Shown here: in pieces, positions 9,601 to 19,400 of the stretch
Layout of the letters: each line of letters opens with the position of its first letter
Numbering within the stretch: the stretch's first letter is position 1
Origin: a virus
Taxonomy: Duplodnaviria; Caudoviricetes
Virus record (IMG/VR): IMGVR_UViG_3300034106_005441
Span: 577 to 64,576 of that record
DNA length: 64,000 nt
Direction: 5' to 3' (one strand)
Made by a program: the position numbers and the translations under genes
The notes under the pieces: generated by a model
The model's input: only the letters and a program-made list of their open reading frames with translations
The model's database searches: none
What the model was told of the DNA's origin: nothing

Positions 9601-11526
9601 CCCGATTTGCTCAAATACATTGCGTTTAATTTTTCGGCCTGTTTTGTTGCCGAACTCATCTCGCTCGTCAGCTTCATACTCGCCGCCGGATGCTTTATCC
9701 GTGTAAGCGCTAACAGCCGCTTCAAGCTCTGTTCCCTTGTACTTTTTAGGGTCAGATTCGTAGATTCGTCGCATGGCCGCCATAGCTTTAGCGTTATCTG
9801 AGGCGTCGCCCTGCTGTAACAATGTAATAGAGTCGTTTTGAAACTGTTCTTTAGTCGCGCCGCCCGGGGCCACGTCGAACGCGCCGCGATTCATAGCTGT
9901 GCGCGTCATGCCCATAGACGTCGCTACGTTTTGCATAGTGATAGACGGCGCTACACCTAGTCGTTGCCCAAGCGCGCCAGCTTGCAAAGACATTGTCGCT
10001 AATTGATTCATGCCGACGCCGGTTTCGCGGGCCAAGCTTTGCATCTGTCGAAGCGTTGTTGACATCTGCGCTGGATTTATAGAGCCCATCGCGCCTTGAC
10101 TTAGCTGGTCAAGCACGGCGAGCAGTGACGGCATTGGCGCGTTCGGGTTGCCGTTGTCGCCGAAGATGTCGCGTACGGCGGCTACTGAATCTGCGTACTC
10201 TTTTAATCGAGACGATGTACGGCTGGCGTCAACGTTGCCAGAAAGCGCGGAGCCACCGGTCATCTGCAGAATTTTTTCAGCCGACTTCGACGTATCGCCA
10301 CTTGCAGCGGCATCGGCTGCTTTTTTGGTGTCTCGAATCTGATCCCGCAGGCCGCCCGAGACGTCAGTTAAGTTTTTGATTTCAGTTTGCTGCTCTGTAG
10401 ACGTCATATCCGAGAATCTTTTGCCGCCGGCGCCGACCTCGTTCTTTTCAGAAAGCTGCCGACGGGCCATCGTCTCCGCTAGGCGGTCGAGCGTAGCGTC
10501 GTCCAGTTTGGTTTCAGCGATTGCGCCAACCTTGTCTTTGTCGCTCATACTGCCGATGGCTTGCGGAAGCGCGCCGCGCTGAAACAGCGTCTCCATAAGC
10601 TGCCCGGCTTGACCAGCTGTTAAGCCCCGCATCTCAGCGGTCGGTTGCTTAAACGCAGCAGTCTCCAGCTGTCCGACCGTAGCCTCGTTTGTGCCCAGCA
10701 CGCGAGATTCTTTAATGGCGCGATCGAATTTCGTCAACTCTCGGGCTTGCGTGTCTGTATCTGTGGCCGTGCCGCCTTGTACGTATTTTTTATAAAGCTG
10801 CTCAACTTTCGTGCCGCCCATATTCGTCAGACGACTTTGGACGTCAGCGTCATCTACTACTCGGCGGTCTTCCATGTTAGCGGCTTTTTGTAGGCGAACT
10901 TTAGCCGCGTCGCCCGCTACGCCGCCGGCTCGCGCAGTCTGGCCGAGCTTTTCAGTGTCGCCTTGCGGCTCATATAAATGCGAAAATACGCCCGTCGTCA
11001 GGTCTTCCAGTGATTCGGCGTTCATGCGGTCTGCCCCGCCGGGGCCCTGCCGGAAGTACCCAATTCTGTTAACCGAGTTACCCAGACTTTGCACGTCGCC
11101 TCGGGAGCCGTGCAGCATCCTTTCGACGTTTTCTGGCCCCATAAACATGCCGGCGATCGTTTTAGTCATCGGGTTGTTTAAAACCTGAGCCATTTGAGAG
11201 GCTTGTTCGCGGTTCATGTCTGTCGGCGCGTTAGGAGTTAGGGCGCTGCGCATGCCCAAAAGCCGCGTAGCAACGTCGTCGTTCTGCGCGCCCGACGCAG
11301 CTAAATTAAAAGACGCCGTGCGGGTCTGATTCTGATAGTTCCGCATGGCGAACTGGTCCATGAGTGCCTGCCCCGGCATCATGTGGGGCATAAAGTTTCC
11401 GGGGCCGGCCATGGCGCCCATTAACGGCCCACCGAACATGGTGATTAATTGGGACAATTCTGGGTTGTTATTAAACGCCATCTGTCCCGGCGAATACGGA
11501 GTGGGGTACAAAAACGGATCAGGCAT
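6637..11526 (-). CDS. Tape measure protein (putative)
   Basis: 1629 aa, Ala/Gly/Gln-rich and apparently helical, downstream of the tube and chaperone pair and upstream of the baseplate genes. Confidence 0.7.
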   Translation of the reverse strand: MPDPFLYPTPYSPGQMAFNNNPELSQLITMFGGPLMGAMAGPGNFMPHMMPGQALMDQFAMRNYQNQTRTASFNLAASGAQNDDVATRLLGMRSALTPNAPTDMNREQASQMAQVLNNPMTKTIAGMFMGPENVERMLHGSRGDVQSLGNSVNRIGYFRQGPGGADRMNAESLEDLTTGVFSHLYEPQGDTEKLGQTARAGGVAGDAAKVRLQKAANMEDRRVVDDADVQSRLTNMGGTKVEQLYKKYVQGGTATDTDTQARELTKFDRAIKESRVLGTNEATVGQLETAAFKQPTAEMRGLTAGQAGQLMETLFQRGALPQAIGSMSDKDKVGAIAETKLDDATLDRLAETMARRQLSEKNEVGAGGKRFSDMTSTEQQTEIKNLTDVSGGLRDQIRDTKKAADAAASGDTSKSAEKILQMTGGSALSGNVDASRTSSRLKEYADSVAAVRDIFGDNGNPNAPMPSLLAVLDQLSQGAMGSINPAQMSTTLRQMQSLARETGVGMNQLATMSLQAGALGQRLGVAPSITMQNVATSMGMTRTAMNRGAFDVAPGGATKEQFQNDSITLLQQGDASDNAKAMAAMRRIYESDPKKYKGTELEAAVSAYTDKASGGEYEADERDEFGNKTGRKIKRNVFEQIGRGKFAAAQAIIQESGGNSNQFFSAVYDPRTMHEFGVAGAGYMTQKHEIVQALGEQGTGGMVVNALSDTALGEELGDGDSGLAAARQIELSNTLAGMVVDSSGMKIDQQISFLEKHMPDKIAASFEQQGMTPDQAKDRAQKVVTQMFGDGKGGIDRTRLDELIGNVGQASEHIYGQNTVELYQRYGLGGDVKGMRGMAQEAAHAKATQRLVGLGSESSPMGRMSDYFMDIGKRGEKFDMGNFVKEMAPFVSDQETLQKYAGEMGAGLHTLSAMRDKVQISGEYIDKLAKDGDTDALKKLGGIKDEVVVSEADLKANRDKKLASLDTEEKVAAEYTRLTGNPGAHISIEERRAAIKENEQFAKDADTDYLNQLHAKTGKEHLTVDELKGRAMRAIGTALEGKDERGVTYAGRQEDIEAVQRGVYHGDNEDAQKNARSAVGRLFAGLGGKAGELAADTETLNKLMSADGEKGTQAILDRLGITKEQFEKDKLLDADKKSNEQQMAEVVTAVQRADELQQLDKVTDEKTAQGISQKADKVELSAQNVYINGAKAGGADQAAAAATPQKPGSPMPATKDAIDAEIAAIDKKEGHWLYDKITDADKARREELIKQRDAVAEKEKTAASSAAASPESTAGRTADKPLPETKTADKDPATAETIKQQNADAAAASAGVPIEDDKTAVSDRNDAALQQSATGAEGAAATPPEQKYDIDPRDFTQSVSQKDGSYASISGPFRDRAGKQIDRPTDGEYFDAMHTVDRAKDDAQNRTGRVGQIGDKYYEEYKSGGVTPAWREVSVGENKTEAEKIAQKNDAALQQKAGLEPGEKPVAAAASPKEKAASTPIDRRLISARQAMQKDLMGTLSKNAAENRLVASLVDRDVEAELPASSTLPQAKTSNVQQDAGGGAIGSANIHPAMASPDQAGGAYSGSSAAGDQSDKSITLNGSLRLEGLHEAILDATAQKAVATPGGGVPVVGTGHMGRSGLPSGQRVT

Positions 11527-11939
11527 TATTTTTCGTCCCCCTGCTTGTTGGCGCGCCAGACCTTGAACTTCTCAATCATCTTTCGACTTTCGTTGTCTAT
11601 TTTACTATTTTCATCTTGTTTTTCGATTGCTTTGTCTTCTTCAGTCTTTTGGGGAACATTCCACGGGAAAATGAGTCCTTGCAGGTCTTTCAGAGTATCG
11701 CCGGCTTCTTTTTTAACCGTGACGAAGCTGTCCTCGGTCAGTCCTCCGTGCGCTAAATAAGCGCACCAGTGGCGATGCATATGCTCAAGCATATGCTGGT
11801 CTTCGCGGCGCTGTATTTCAATTAACAGCAGCCGGTGCTTTATCCGCCACTTATTATCTGTGGGATCGGCTCGGGAGTAGTCAACCGCCCCCGATACTGC
11901 AGCCCGCACCATGTAGGCTGCTATTCGATCCCGTTCCAA
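11526..11939 (-). CDS. Tail assembly chaperone, C-terminal (GT-like) frameshift extension
   Basis: Lies in the -1 frame relative to the upstream ORF and overlaps its end at a T5 run; TTG start only; directly before the tape measure. Confidence 0.55.
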   Translation of the reverse strand: MERDRIAAYMVRAAVSGAVDYSRADPTDNKWRIKHRLLLIEIQRREDQHMLEHMHRHWCAYLAHGGLTEDSFVTVKKEAGDTLKDLQGLIFPWNVPQKTEEDKAIEKQDENSKIDNESRKMIEKFKVWRANKQGDEK

Positions 11940-12925
11940 AAACTTGGGTCAAGCGCCATGGCTTCAAGAGCTTCGACCAAACGCTGAAATTGCCGGAGGT
12001 GCGTTCCGACAAGCCGGCGTGTAGCCTCTTGTGCCATGGTTTTATTGATCAAATCAAGCTGCTTAGGTAGCGGCGTCGACAGCGGTTCGTTTGAGTCCGG
12101 TGTAAAGGCGAGTTCTTCTAGCGTCGGCACTGTTGCTAGAACTTTACCGTTTTTATCGGTCACTGTTTCCAGCGAGCAGGCAAGGCGGTAGTCCATCATC
12201 TGAACAAACCATTCCGCCTCAGTGGCGACCCTGTTTTTTTGCTGGTCTAAAACAAGCTGCCGATAAACAAGTTTATTTTCTTCGGCTAGCAGGCTACGAA
12301 ATGTGACTACAATTCTACCGCCAAACAGTTCATACTTTTTCTTAAACCGAGTGCCACCAAGAAGCGTGGCTAAAAAGTCTTCTTTATCTTTGTCCGTCGG
12401 CGTAACTTCAAACTTTTGTCGCATGTCCCAGCCACATCGCGGGCAGAAAACAACCAACTCGGGGTTGACTGTGTTTGCCGGCGCGTCTTTCTCGGCGACC
12501 TTTTCTTCTTTTTTTGCAGCCTCTTCTTCTTTTACCTCTGCCGGTTCTTGCTTTTCAGCTGCGGGTTCTGGCGTGGTTTCTCGGTCATCCACAATTGTTG
12601 GCGCGGCTTTTTCTAGACTCTTGTAGACTTCAGCCACATCCGGCGCCATGTTTTTTGTCTGCTCTTCTATTTCAGCTTCGCGCTTTTTCTTTTGACCGAG
12701 TTCTCGTGCGTCGCGCAGTAAGGTTTTGACCTGCTTCACCTGATCTTCAGTCATGACGTCCTTGTCGATCAACACCGTGTCTCGATTTGACGGTGGCAGC
12801 GTTTCTTTAATTCGGATCATCACTTGCCCAAGATCGGCGGGAATAGCGTCTCCTTCTTTCCAGCCAAATTGACCGAGAGTCGCTTTTGTAAACTCAGACA
12901 CGTATACGTTTTCCACCAGTTCCAT
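11921..12925 (-). CDS. Tail assembly chaperone (G-like)
   Basis: 334 aa, acidic, contains CPRC; positioned before the tape measure. Confidence 0.55.
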   Translation of the reverse strand: MELVENVYVSEFTKATLGQFGWKEGDAIPADLGQVMIRIKETLPPSNRDTVLIDKDVMTEDQVKQVKTLLRDARELGQKKKREAEIEEQTKNMAPDVAEVYKSLEKAAPTIVDDRETTPEPAAEKQEPAEVKEEEAAKKEEKVAEKDAPANTVNPELVVFCPRCGWDMRQKFEVTPTDKDKEDFLATLLGGTRFKKKYELFGGRIVVTFRSLLAEENKLVYRQLVLDQQKNRVATEAEWFVQMMDYRLACSLETVTDKNGKVLATVPTLEELAFTPDSNEPLSTPLPKQLDLINKTMAQEATRRLVGTHLRQFQRLVEALEAMALDPSFWNGIE

Positions 12926-12939
12926 TTTTAACCTCGTTA

Positions 12940-15840
12940 TTAATTCTTTCTCGGGGTAATGACGTAATTTCCGTTAATGACTTTTTCTTGCGGCATTTTG
13001 AATTCGGGGTTTTTATAGGGCCCCGCGAGAGCCGGCGCTTTTCCGCGCTCAAGGTCGATATATCCGCCTTTTTGAAACTGCACAATTTTGAAGTCTTGTT
13101 CTTTGTACGCCTTCTCATCTTGCAGCCATTGTTTACCGGGGAACGGATATGTTGGCAGCCCGCAGCCGGCTGCCATTACCGGTTTTTCAGTCCACTTATC
13201 TGGGATGTCGCCGCCGATGCGCGCCATCTGCTGCCAGCGGTCTTCGTACAACAAAAAGTCAGGAATCTTGTAGTCGTCGTCGGTACGGAACGAGAACTCC
13301 ATAATCGTCATTACGCGTTTATTACCTGCGCGTTTGTCGGCGTACCACTTGGACGTAAACTGCGCCGCGTGAATTCCGTCGCCGATATTCGGGATTGTGG
13401 CGTTAATAAGCTCTACAACTAAATCAATCACTGCGTTTACTTGGCTTTGACAGTCGCCGTCGCACGGGGCGACGAATATAAATCCGCGCGCGGCCACTTC
13501 TGTAAAAATGTGGCCTTTTGTCAGTAAGCAACTGCCGCGCGCCAAAATGTTGCCGTCTATAATTACGCTATCGTCAGTGCCTACTGGGCCGCACAGCAGC
13601 GTAAAATTTCTAGTAAAAGCGTTAGCTTTATCGGTGTTCCAATTCTCGTCGCCGCCGCCAAAAAAATGAAAAGCCCCGGCGCGAATAAACTGATACAGAC
13701 TTTTTGACTTAGTTAGTATGTCTTTACGGGATTGCGACGCGTCAATTGTGATGTCGCCGTCTTCAATTTTGCCGCCGCCTGTGCGCAAATAAATTTCTTT
13801 AGCCAGCGCTACAACATTTGATTTTGGGGCGCGGGCGACGACGCCGCCAAATTTAATTTTGTCGCCGCACTTTTCAAAATCGTACGTCGTCAACGAACTG
13901 CGGCTTTCTAACAGAATCCCGCCCTCTTTGCCGCCATTACCGGCGAGCACCAACACGTTCTTCTCAGCTTTGATGCGGACGTTTTTCTCTGTGGCGGAAA
14001 TATCTACTGTCTTGTTAGCGCGCGCAATGAAGTCATTGCCGGCCCACGCTTGAACGTCGCGCCCGCCCTTGAGCCACACATCGCCCGGCGCAGAGATAAA
14101 CACACAGCCGCCTGTCATTTTAATTTCGCCGCCATACCCGTCACCAATGCAGATGCCGCCGTCTTCGAGTAACGAAATGTAACTCTCCGACTCGTAAAAC
14201 TTCTGCGGTTTTTTATCGTAACGGTGATCAATTTTGAAAATTTTTGGCTCTTCTTCCTTTAAGTACATCTTGGAGGACATCAGCTGCGAAAACTTGGGGA
14301 TCTTCTGATTGACGTCGGCGTATTTGAGTTCTTGCTGCTCCCACGTCTTGTAGTCTTTAGTGTGCCAGTAAAACGCATGCAAGCCGGAATAGTTGTATAA
14401 ATAGCCGTGCATATCGAGAACGGCGGTGGCGCGCTGCAGGTTCGGATACTGCTCGTCAGTCGTGATAATTGTGCCGGTGATTTCGTGCTCATCGCCCTCG
14501 CCGTACTTGCTGGCGGCCTTGTAGTTCTTCTCGGCTTCGTCGCCGTTTTTCCAGTCTTCTGGCCGCTTTTCTCGCTGCGGAAAAGGAAGAAGAACGCGCT
14601 TGGCGATATGTATGCCTTTTGCGGACGCCATGAAAATACGGCCGTCTAGCGCTTTGTTTACCTCGTTTAAACCAAAAACCGGTTCAGGCGTGTGGTCTGT
14701 ATCTTTATCCGGGCCGCCCTCGCAGCCGTCTTTCGCGCCTTTAGACGACTCAATTTGCGAGTCGTACGGCGTTGACTTTCCGCCCGGCTCGCCTTTGTAC
14801 GTCCAGCGCTCCTTGCCGGGCGGAGGTGCGTGCACAATAGACCGATGACCCTGCCCCAAGTAGCCTTGAAAAACCTGTGTGCGATGATAGGGCTGCGCAA
14901 ATTCGTGCTTGTTTTCCCAGCGCGAGTAAAACGGCTTTTCCTTAAAGCAGTGATAACATCCCGGTTCGTATTCTTCGATAACGGGCGGGCCGGGAATAAG
15001 TACGCCCATTCCTTCCCACGGGTACGGCGTGTAACCTTGCGAGTCGTTACACTCTGCCTGATCCATGTACGAGTCGCGTTCGCTGCCTGCAGTCCAAACT
15101 TGCATGTTGTAGCCAGCAATACGCAACATGTTGTCGTGATAAAAACCGGACACGCCGCAAAATTCATTAATGGCGGTCTGCATCATAAAATCATCAACAG
15201 TGATCCTAGCGCCGGTCGATGTAATAGCGCCCCACTCACCCGCTAGCGTTGCGTCGAACGGCCGCCAATTGCTGTAGTCGGCCATGCCTGAGCTTTTTTC
15301 TTGCTTGATGTGTTTTTTGTGTGCGTCATCGACCCTGTTTCTAGACGCTTGCGATATGTAATCCTGCATGCCCCGCGCTCCGCACTCAATCGTGTGCGGA
15401 ACGGAGCCGACGATAAAAGCTTTGTTATCTTTATCTTGCACCATCACAATTACACGCGTGCCGGGCACGTAAGTGTTAATTTCGGTGGCGCCGAATGCAG
15501 AAGAACTGCCGTGTGTAACAGCAGTTGCCAGAACAGGGTTGTGCCCGTGATCTGGGTGCACAATGTACATGTTGGCAATTGCGGTGCCGTCTTTTATGAT
15601 GCCCGTGAGCATCCGCCCGGTGTCCATAAAACCGGTTTTAAACCCCACCTGATTACTGTAGGGGTCGGCCGCGGGGTGAAGATGCGCCCCGTAAGCGGCT
15701 GTTGAGCCGCGCCCAGCATACTGCGTGTAATTTTGCAGTCGGCGCGTAGCTAGAGTTGGGTCGTTGTAGTATTGATTCGATGTAGACGGATTTGTACTAA
15801 CCGACCTACTCGGCTGCTTATCGCTCATGTTGTCCACCAA
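12940..15840 (-). CDS. Baseplate central spike (gp5/gpV/VgrG-like)
   Basis: N-terminal OB-fold-like segment (YVPGTRVIVMVQDKDNKAFIVGSV) and a beta-helix repeat region (YISLLEDGGICIGDGYGGEIKMTGGCVFISAPGDVWLKGGRDV...). Confidence 0.65.
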   Translation of the reverse strand: MVDNMSDKQPSRSVSTNPSTSNQYYNDPTLATRRLQNYTQYAGRGSTAAYGAHLHPAADPYSNQVGFKTGFMDTGRMLTGIIKDGTAIANMYIVHPDHGHNPVLATAVTHGSSSAFGATEINTYVPGTRVIVMVQDKDNKAFIVGSVPHTIECGARGMQDYISQASRNRVDDAHKKHIKQEKSSGMADYSNWRPFDATLAGEWGAITSTGARITVDDFMMQTAINEFCGVSGFYHDNMLRIAGYNMQVWTAGSERDSYMDQAECNDSQGYTPYPWEGMGVLIPGPPVIEEYEPGCYHCFKEKPFYSRWENKHEFAQPYHRTQVFQGYLGQGHRSIVHAPPPGKERWTYKGEPGGKSTPYDSQIESSKGAKDGCEGGPDKDTDHTPEPVFGLNEVNKALDGRIFMASAKGIHIAKRVLLPFPQREKRPEDWKNGDEAEKNYKAASKYGEGDEHEITGTIITTDEQYPNLQRATAVLDMHGYLYNYSGLHAFYWHTKDYKTWEQQELKYADVNQKIPKFSQLMSSKMYLKEEEPKIFKIDHRYDKKPQKFYESESYISLLEDGGICIGDGYGGEIKMTGGCVFISAPGDVWLKGGRDVQAWAGNDFIARANKTVDISATEKNVRIKAEKNVLVLAGNGGKEGGILLESRSSLTTYDFEKCGDKIKFGGVVARAPKSNVVALAKEIYLRTGGGKIEDGDITIDASQSRKDILTKSKSLYQFIRAGAFHFFGGGDENWNTDKANAFTRNFTLLCGPVGTDDSVIIDGNILARGSCLLTKGHIFTEVAARGFIFVAPCDGDCQSQVNAVIDLVVELINATIPNIGDGIHAAQFTSKWYADKRAGNKRVMTIMEFSFRTDDDYKIPDFLLYEDRWQQMARIGGDIPDKWTEKPVMAAGCGLPTYPFPGKQWLQDEKAYKEQDFKIVQFQKGGYIDLERGKAPALAGPYKNPEFKMPQEKVINGNYVITPRKN

Positions 15841-15890
15841 ACGGTGTTGTTACGGGCTAAAAGCCCCGAGCCCGAAGGCCCATATACCTT

Positions 15891-15924
15891 AAACGGCGGC
15901 TGCGGAAACCGCAACCGCCGTTTT
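15891..15924. terminator. Intrinsic terminator hairpin downstream of the sheath-tube operon
   Basis: aaacggcggctgcgg-aaa-ccgcaaccgccgtttt: long GC-rich stem flanked by short A and T runs. Confidence 0.65.
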
Positions 15925-15952
15925 TCGGTATAGACAGTATTAAGTAACTAAC

Positions 15953-16414
15953 TCACTCGTATTCGAGGTCGACGAACATGAATCCCATGCTCTCCGTGAC
16001 CACAATGTCCTGAGCCGTTACCGATGCGCCGAGCGAGTTTAACGTCGCCGAAAGCATCTTGTAGTTCATTTCGCCCTTGGTTCCACCGCAAGACGACGCA
16101 CCAACCTTCATATTGATGTCGTTTTGATCGGCTTTGCAAATGTCGCCAAACTGCTGAATCATGTTCTTGAACGTTGCAGAACCGCCCACGACGCGACTGA
16201 ACTGCGCGGTCCCACGACGACGATCGCCGACGTAGTAAACCTTCGGTGAACCGATCTCGTAGATCATGTTCACAGTTCGTTCGCACGTGAGTTGAGCCTG
16301 CTGAACCAACGCCCCATCCGCGCCGCCCGCGGCACCCGGAAATTCGAGTGTCACGTCTTCCGCGCGAATAACGCCGTTAAGTTTCTGGGACGTACCCTGA
16401 AAGACCGATGGCAT
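15953..16414 (-). CDS. Tail tube protein
   Basis: 153 aa directly after the sheath; RTVNMIYEIGS..YYV motif; AAGGAG RBS. Confidence 0.75.
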   Translation of the reverse strand: MPSVFQGTSQKLNGVIRAEDVTLEFPGAAGGADGALVQQAQLTCERTVNMIYEIGSPKVYYVGDRRRGTAQFSRVVGGSATFKNMIQQFGDICKADQNDINMKVGASSCGGTKGEMNYKMLSATLNSLGASVTAQDIVVTESMGFMFVDLEYE

Positions 16415-16444
16415 AGTGTTAACTCCTTAGAATTCTAATGTCTG

Positions 16445-19400
16445 TCAAACGACCAAGTGCAGTTCGATGTTGTTGAGCGGCGCCGGAACAACAAGGTCGA
16501 GCACGATTTCAATACGATCCCGTAACAGCGGGTGTACTTGAAGCTTACGAACCTCGCCCGAGATTAACTGCGAGCCGAGTTCTTCTGTGTAACCGTTGTT
16601 AGACAAGAACTTGATAATCGTCTCCACTTCGAACTTCAGGCGACGCAGCATACCCGGCTGAACGTTGGTGCGGCCGATGAACGGGCGCAGGCGTCGCAGG
16701 AACAGGTACGACATCGAGTCCACATTGCGGCGGATCATCTCTTCCCGGCGGTTCAGGTCGAGGTTGTCCGTCGTCAGGGCGTGGCGGGTGTGCGGTGTGC
16801 CGTCGCGGTCTTCCGTGACGATCCACACGCCGGCTTCTGCCATGCGGTTCAATTGCGTCTCATTGAAATACTTGTAGGACCGCGTGAAGTCGTCGAAACC
16901 GGCAACTTCAACGTTCGTCAGCGGCTGGTGAGGCACCACACCGGAGACAAGACCCGCAAGCGCAGACGCAAGATAGTAACCCGGCTGCGTGATGCCCGCT
17001 TCGCCGATCTGATCGGGCCACACCGCGCACACGCGACGGTTCGAAAGCGAACCGGCTTGCTGCGCGAGGTCTTCCGCGATCTCGTTACGGTTGCGGTTAT
17101 GCCAGATTTCAAACCGTTGCGGAACTGTCACGACCGCGTCGGCGCCCGTGTACAGAAGCAGCGAGTTCTCGGACAGCACCTGATCAACAACGTACTCCTC
17201 GTACTGCTCCTCGCCGAACTGATCGACGGAGAAGTTGTAACGAACGATATCGCCGGGGCGCACGTCGTTCGTGATGAAGTAACCACTGGCGAAGTTCGTA
17301 CCAGTCGGCACCTGCAGCAGAGTGAACTGGCTGCCCGTGGCGTTAGGGTCGTCCTTCAACGTGGCCAGCATCTCGTCTTCCATGACGTTGCCAAGCACGC
17401 CGCCGATCAGGGCATTTTGACCGACAACAAGCTGCTTCGGCTCGGCCTTGAGCGAGAAGAAACCTGCCTTCCAGTTGTTAGCGATCTCGTTCGACTCGCC
17501 GCCGATGTGCGCAGCCCAGAGGTTCTGCACAAGCCGGTCGTAAGTCAGCGGGATCAGGTTATACATGTCGTCGCGACCCTTGATACGCTCAAGGACCTGC
17601 ACCCAGCTATCGAGGTCGGGGCCAGTGACGCGGTAGTTCTCCGGGTGATACTCAACCGGGTGAGCCACAGCGGTGTACTTCACGACCGTACCGTTGCTGT
17701 TCGAGAGGGCCTTGTAGACGCCCCATTTCAGCGGGTTATCGGGGTGAAGCTGACCGGCGATATCGTCGAGGTCGGCCACGTCGCTGATCGAGTTAACCTC
17801 GTCAGCCAGTTCGGCCAAGAACTCGCGATACTCCGAGTAAACCTTGCCCTTCTCGATGGGCAGCGGCTGCTCAGCGCCGGCCGAAGTCCACTCGGGGTGG
17901 TAAGCCGTGATGCCCTCTTGGATGCAGACCTGCGTATCCTCGAACCAGAAGTTCGTAAGCTGGTTCGCTTCGGGCCTAACGCGCGAGATTTCAATGTTGT
18001 CTTTGATGAACAACTTGAGGTCGAGCGGAACGTAACGTTCCGTGTTGGCCGCATCGTCGCGCTGAAAATTAATCGGCGTAGTTCCGACGAGCACTGAGCC
18101 GGAGTTGGTCAGAACCCAACCCGAGGCTGCATATGTGTCACCAGCAGTTACGCCGTAGTAAATGTTTTTAACAAGCTCTTGCGTGGTGTCGGAGTCCGCG
18201 GCGCGAGTCCACGCACCCACAACAGCCGGTGTGCCGGCTGCAACGGGAACAACGTAAACACCGTTCTGTGTTTTATCAGTCTGATTGACACAGAGCACGC
18301 GGTTACCAGAGACAAGCGTCACGCCGTCGATGGTCTGAAGACCGGACAGTGTGGTTTGCTCGTCAGCAACAACGCGAACAGGCGTCTTCACCGTCGCAGC
18401 GCGGACGTAGGTGTCACGCATCTCAGACGGCAGGTCATCACGGAGGATGAGCTTACGGACCGGACCAGCCTTGCTGGACACCACCGCCACGTAGAACTTA
18501 TCGCCCTTACGGAGCTTGGCGTCGATGAACGCCTGCGCCGCCGCGCCGGTGCCGCCACCGCCAGTGAACGTCACGGACGGCGGATTGAAGTAACCGCTAC
18601 CAGCGTTCGTGACGGTGATGCTGTTTACCGAGCTACCGCTGAGCGTGCAGGTCGCCGTAGCTTGAACGCCGGTCGGATCGTCGGGAGCACTGAGCACGAC
18701 AGTCGGGGGAGCCGAGTAAGTACTGCCGCCGTTGTCGAGGTCGATCGACTCGACCTTGCCCGGAGCCTTGATAACAACCTTCACGCCGTTCGTGCCGATA
18801 CCGACCTCACCGCCGTTCTCGACCACTTCAGTCGGACCGGAGAAGTCGAGGCCCTTCACCGTGCGGACAGTGATCTCGGGGAAGCCGACGAGGTCGCCGT
18901 CCTCCACCCCATCAAACGTACCGCCCTTGGTGACTTCGACGATGTAAACGTCGTTCTTGGCGCCGTTGTAAGCACCGGCAATGTCGCCGTCGGGCTGAAC
19001 TTCAAACAGGCCGTCAGCGGCCGAGTCGACTTCCGTGGCGTTGAACTCTTGACGAACGTTGACAACCCACTTCTGGCCGGTCACAAAGTTGTCATAAACA
19101 ACCTCGTTGGCGGCAGCAGACTCAAGGCAGCCTTCAACGTCGGTGATGTTAAATTTTACTTTCAGGCCACGCGTGCCGATGTTCGTCCACTCGTTGAAAT
19201 CAGCCGGTTGAACTTCTTCGACATTGTCGCGGCTCGACGCCGAGCGAACACGCAGACGAGCCGCGTTGCAGCCCGAAATCGTGCTCTTGATGACTTGGAT
19301 CGTGTACTCTTCTTCAATGTCGCCGCTTTGGATGCCGCTGTAGTCGGAACCGTCTACTTCGATCATTTTGACGCAGTTAACCTTACCGGCAACCTGCAAG

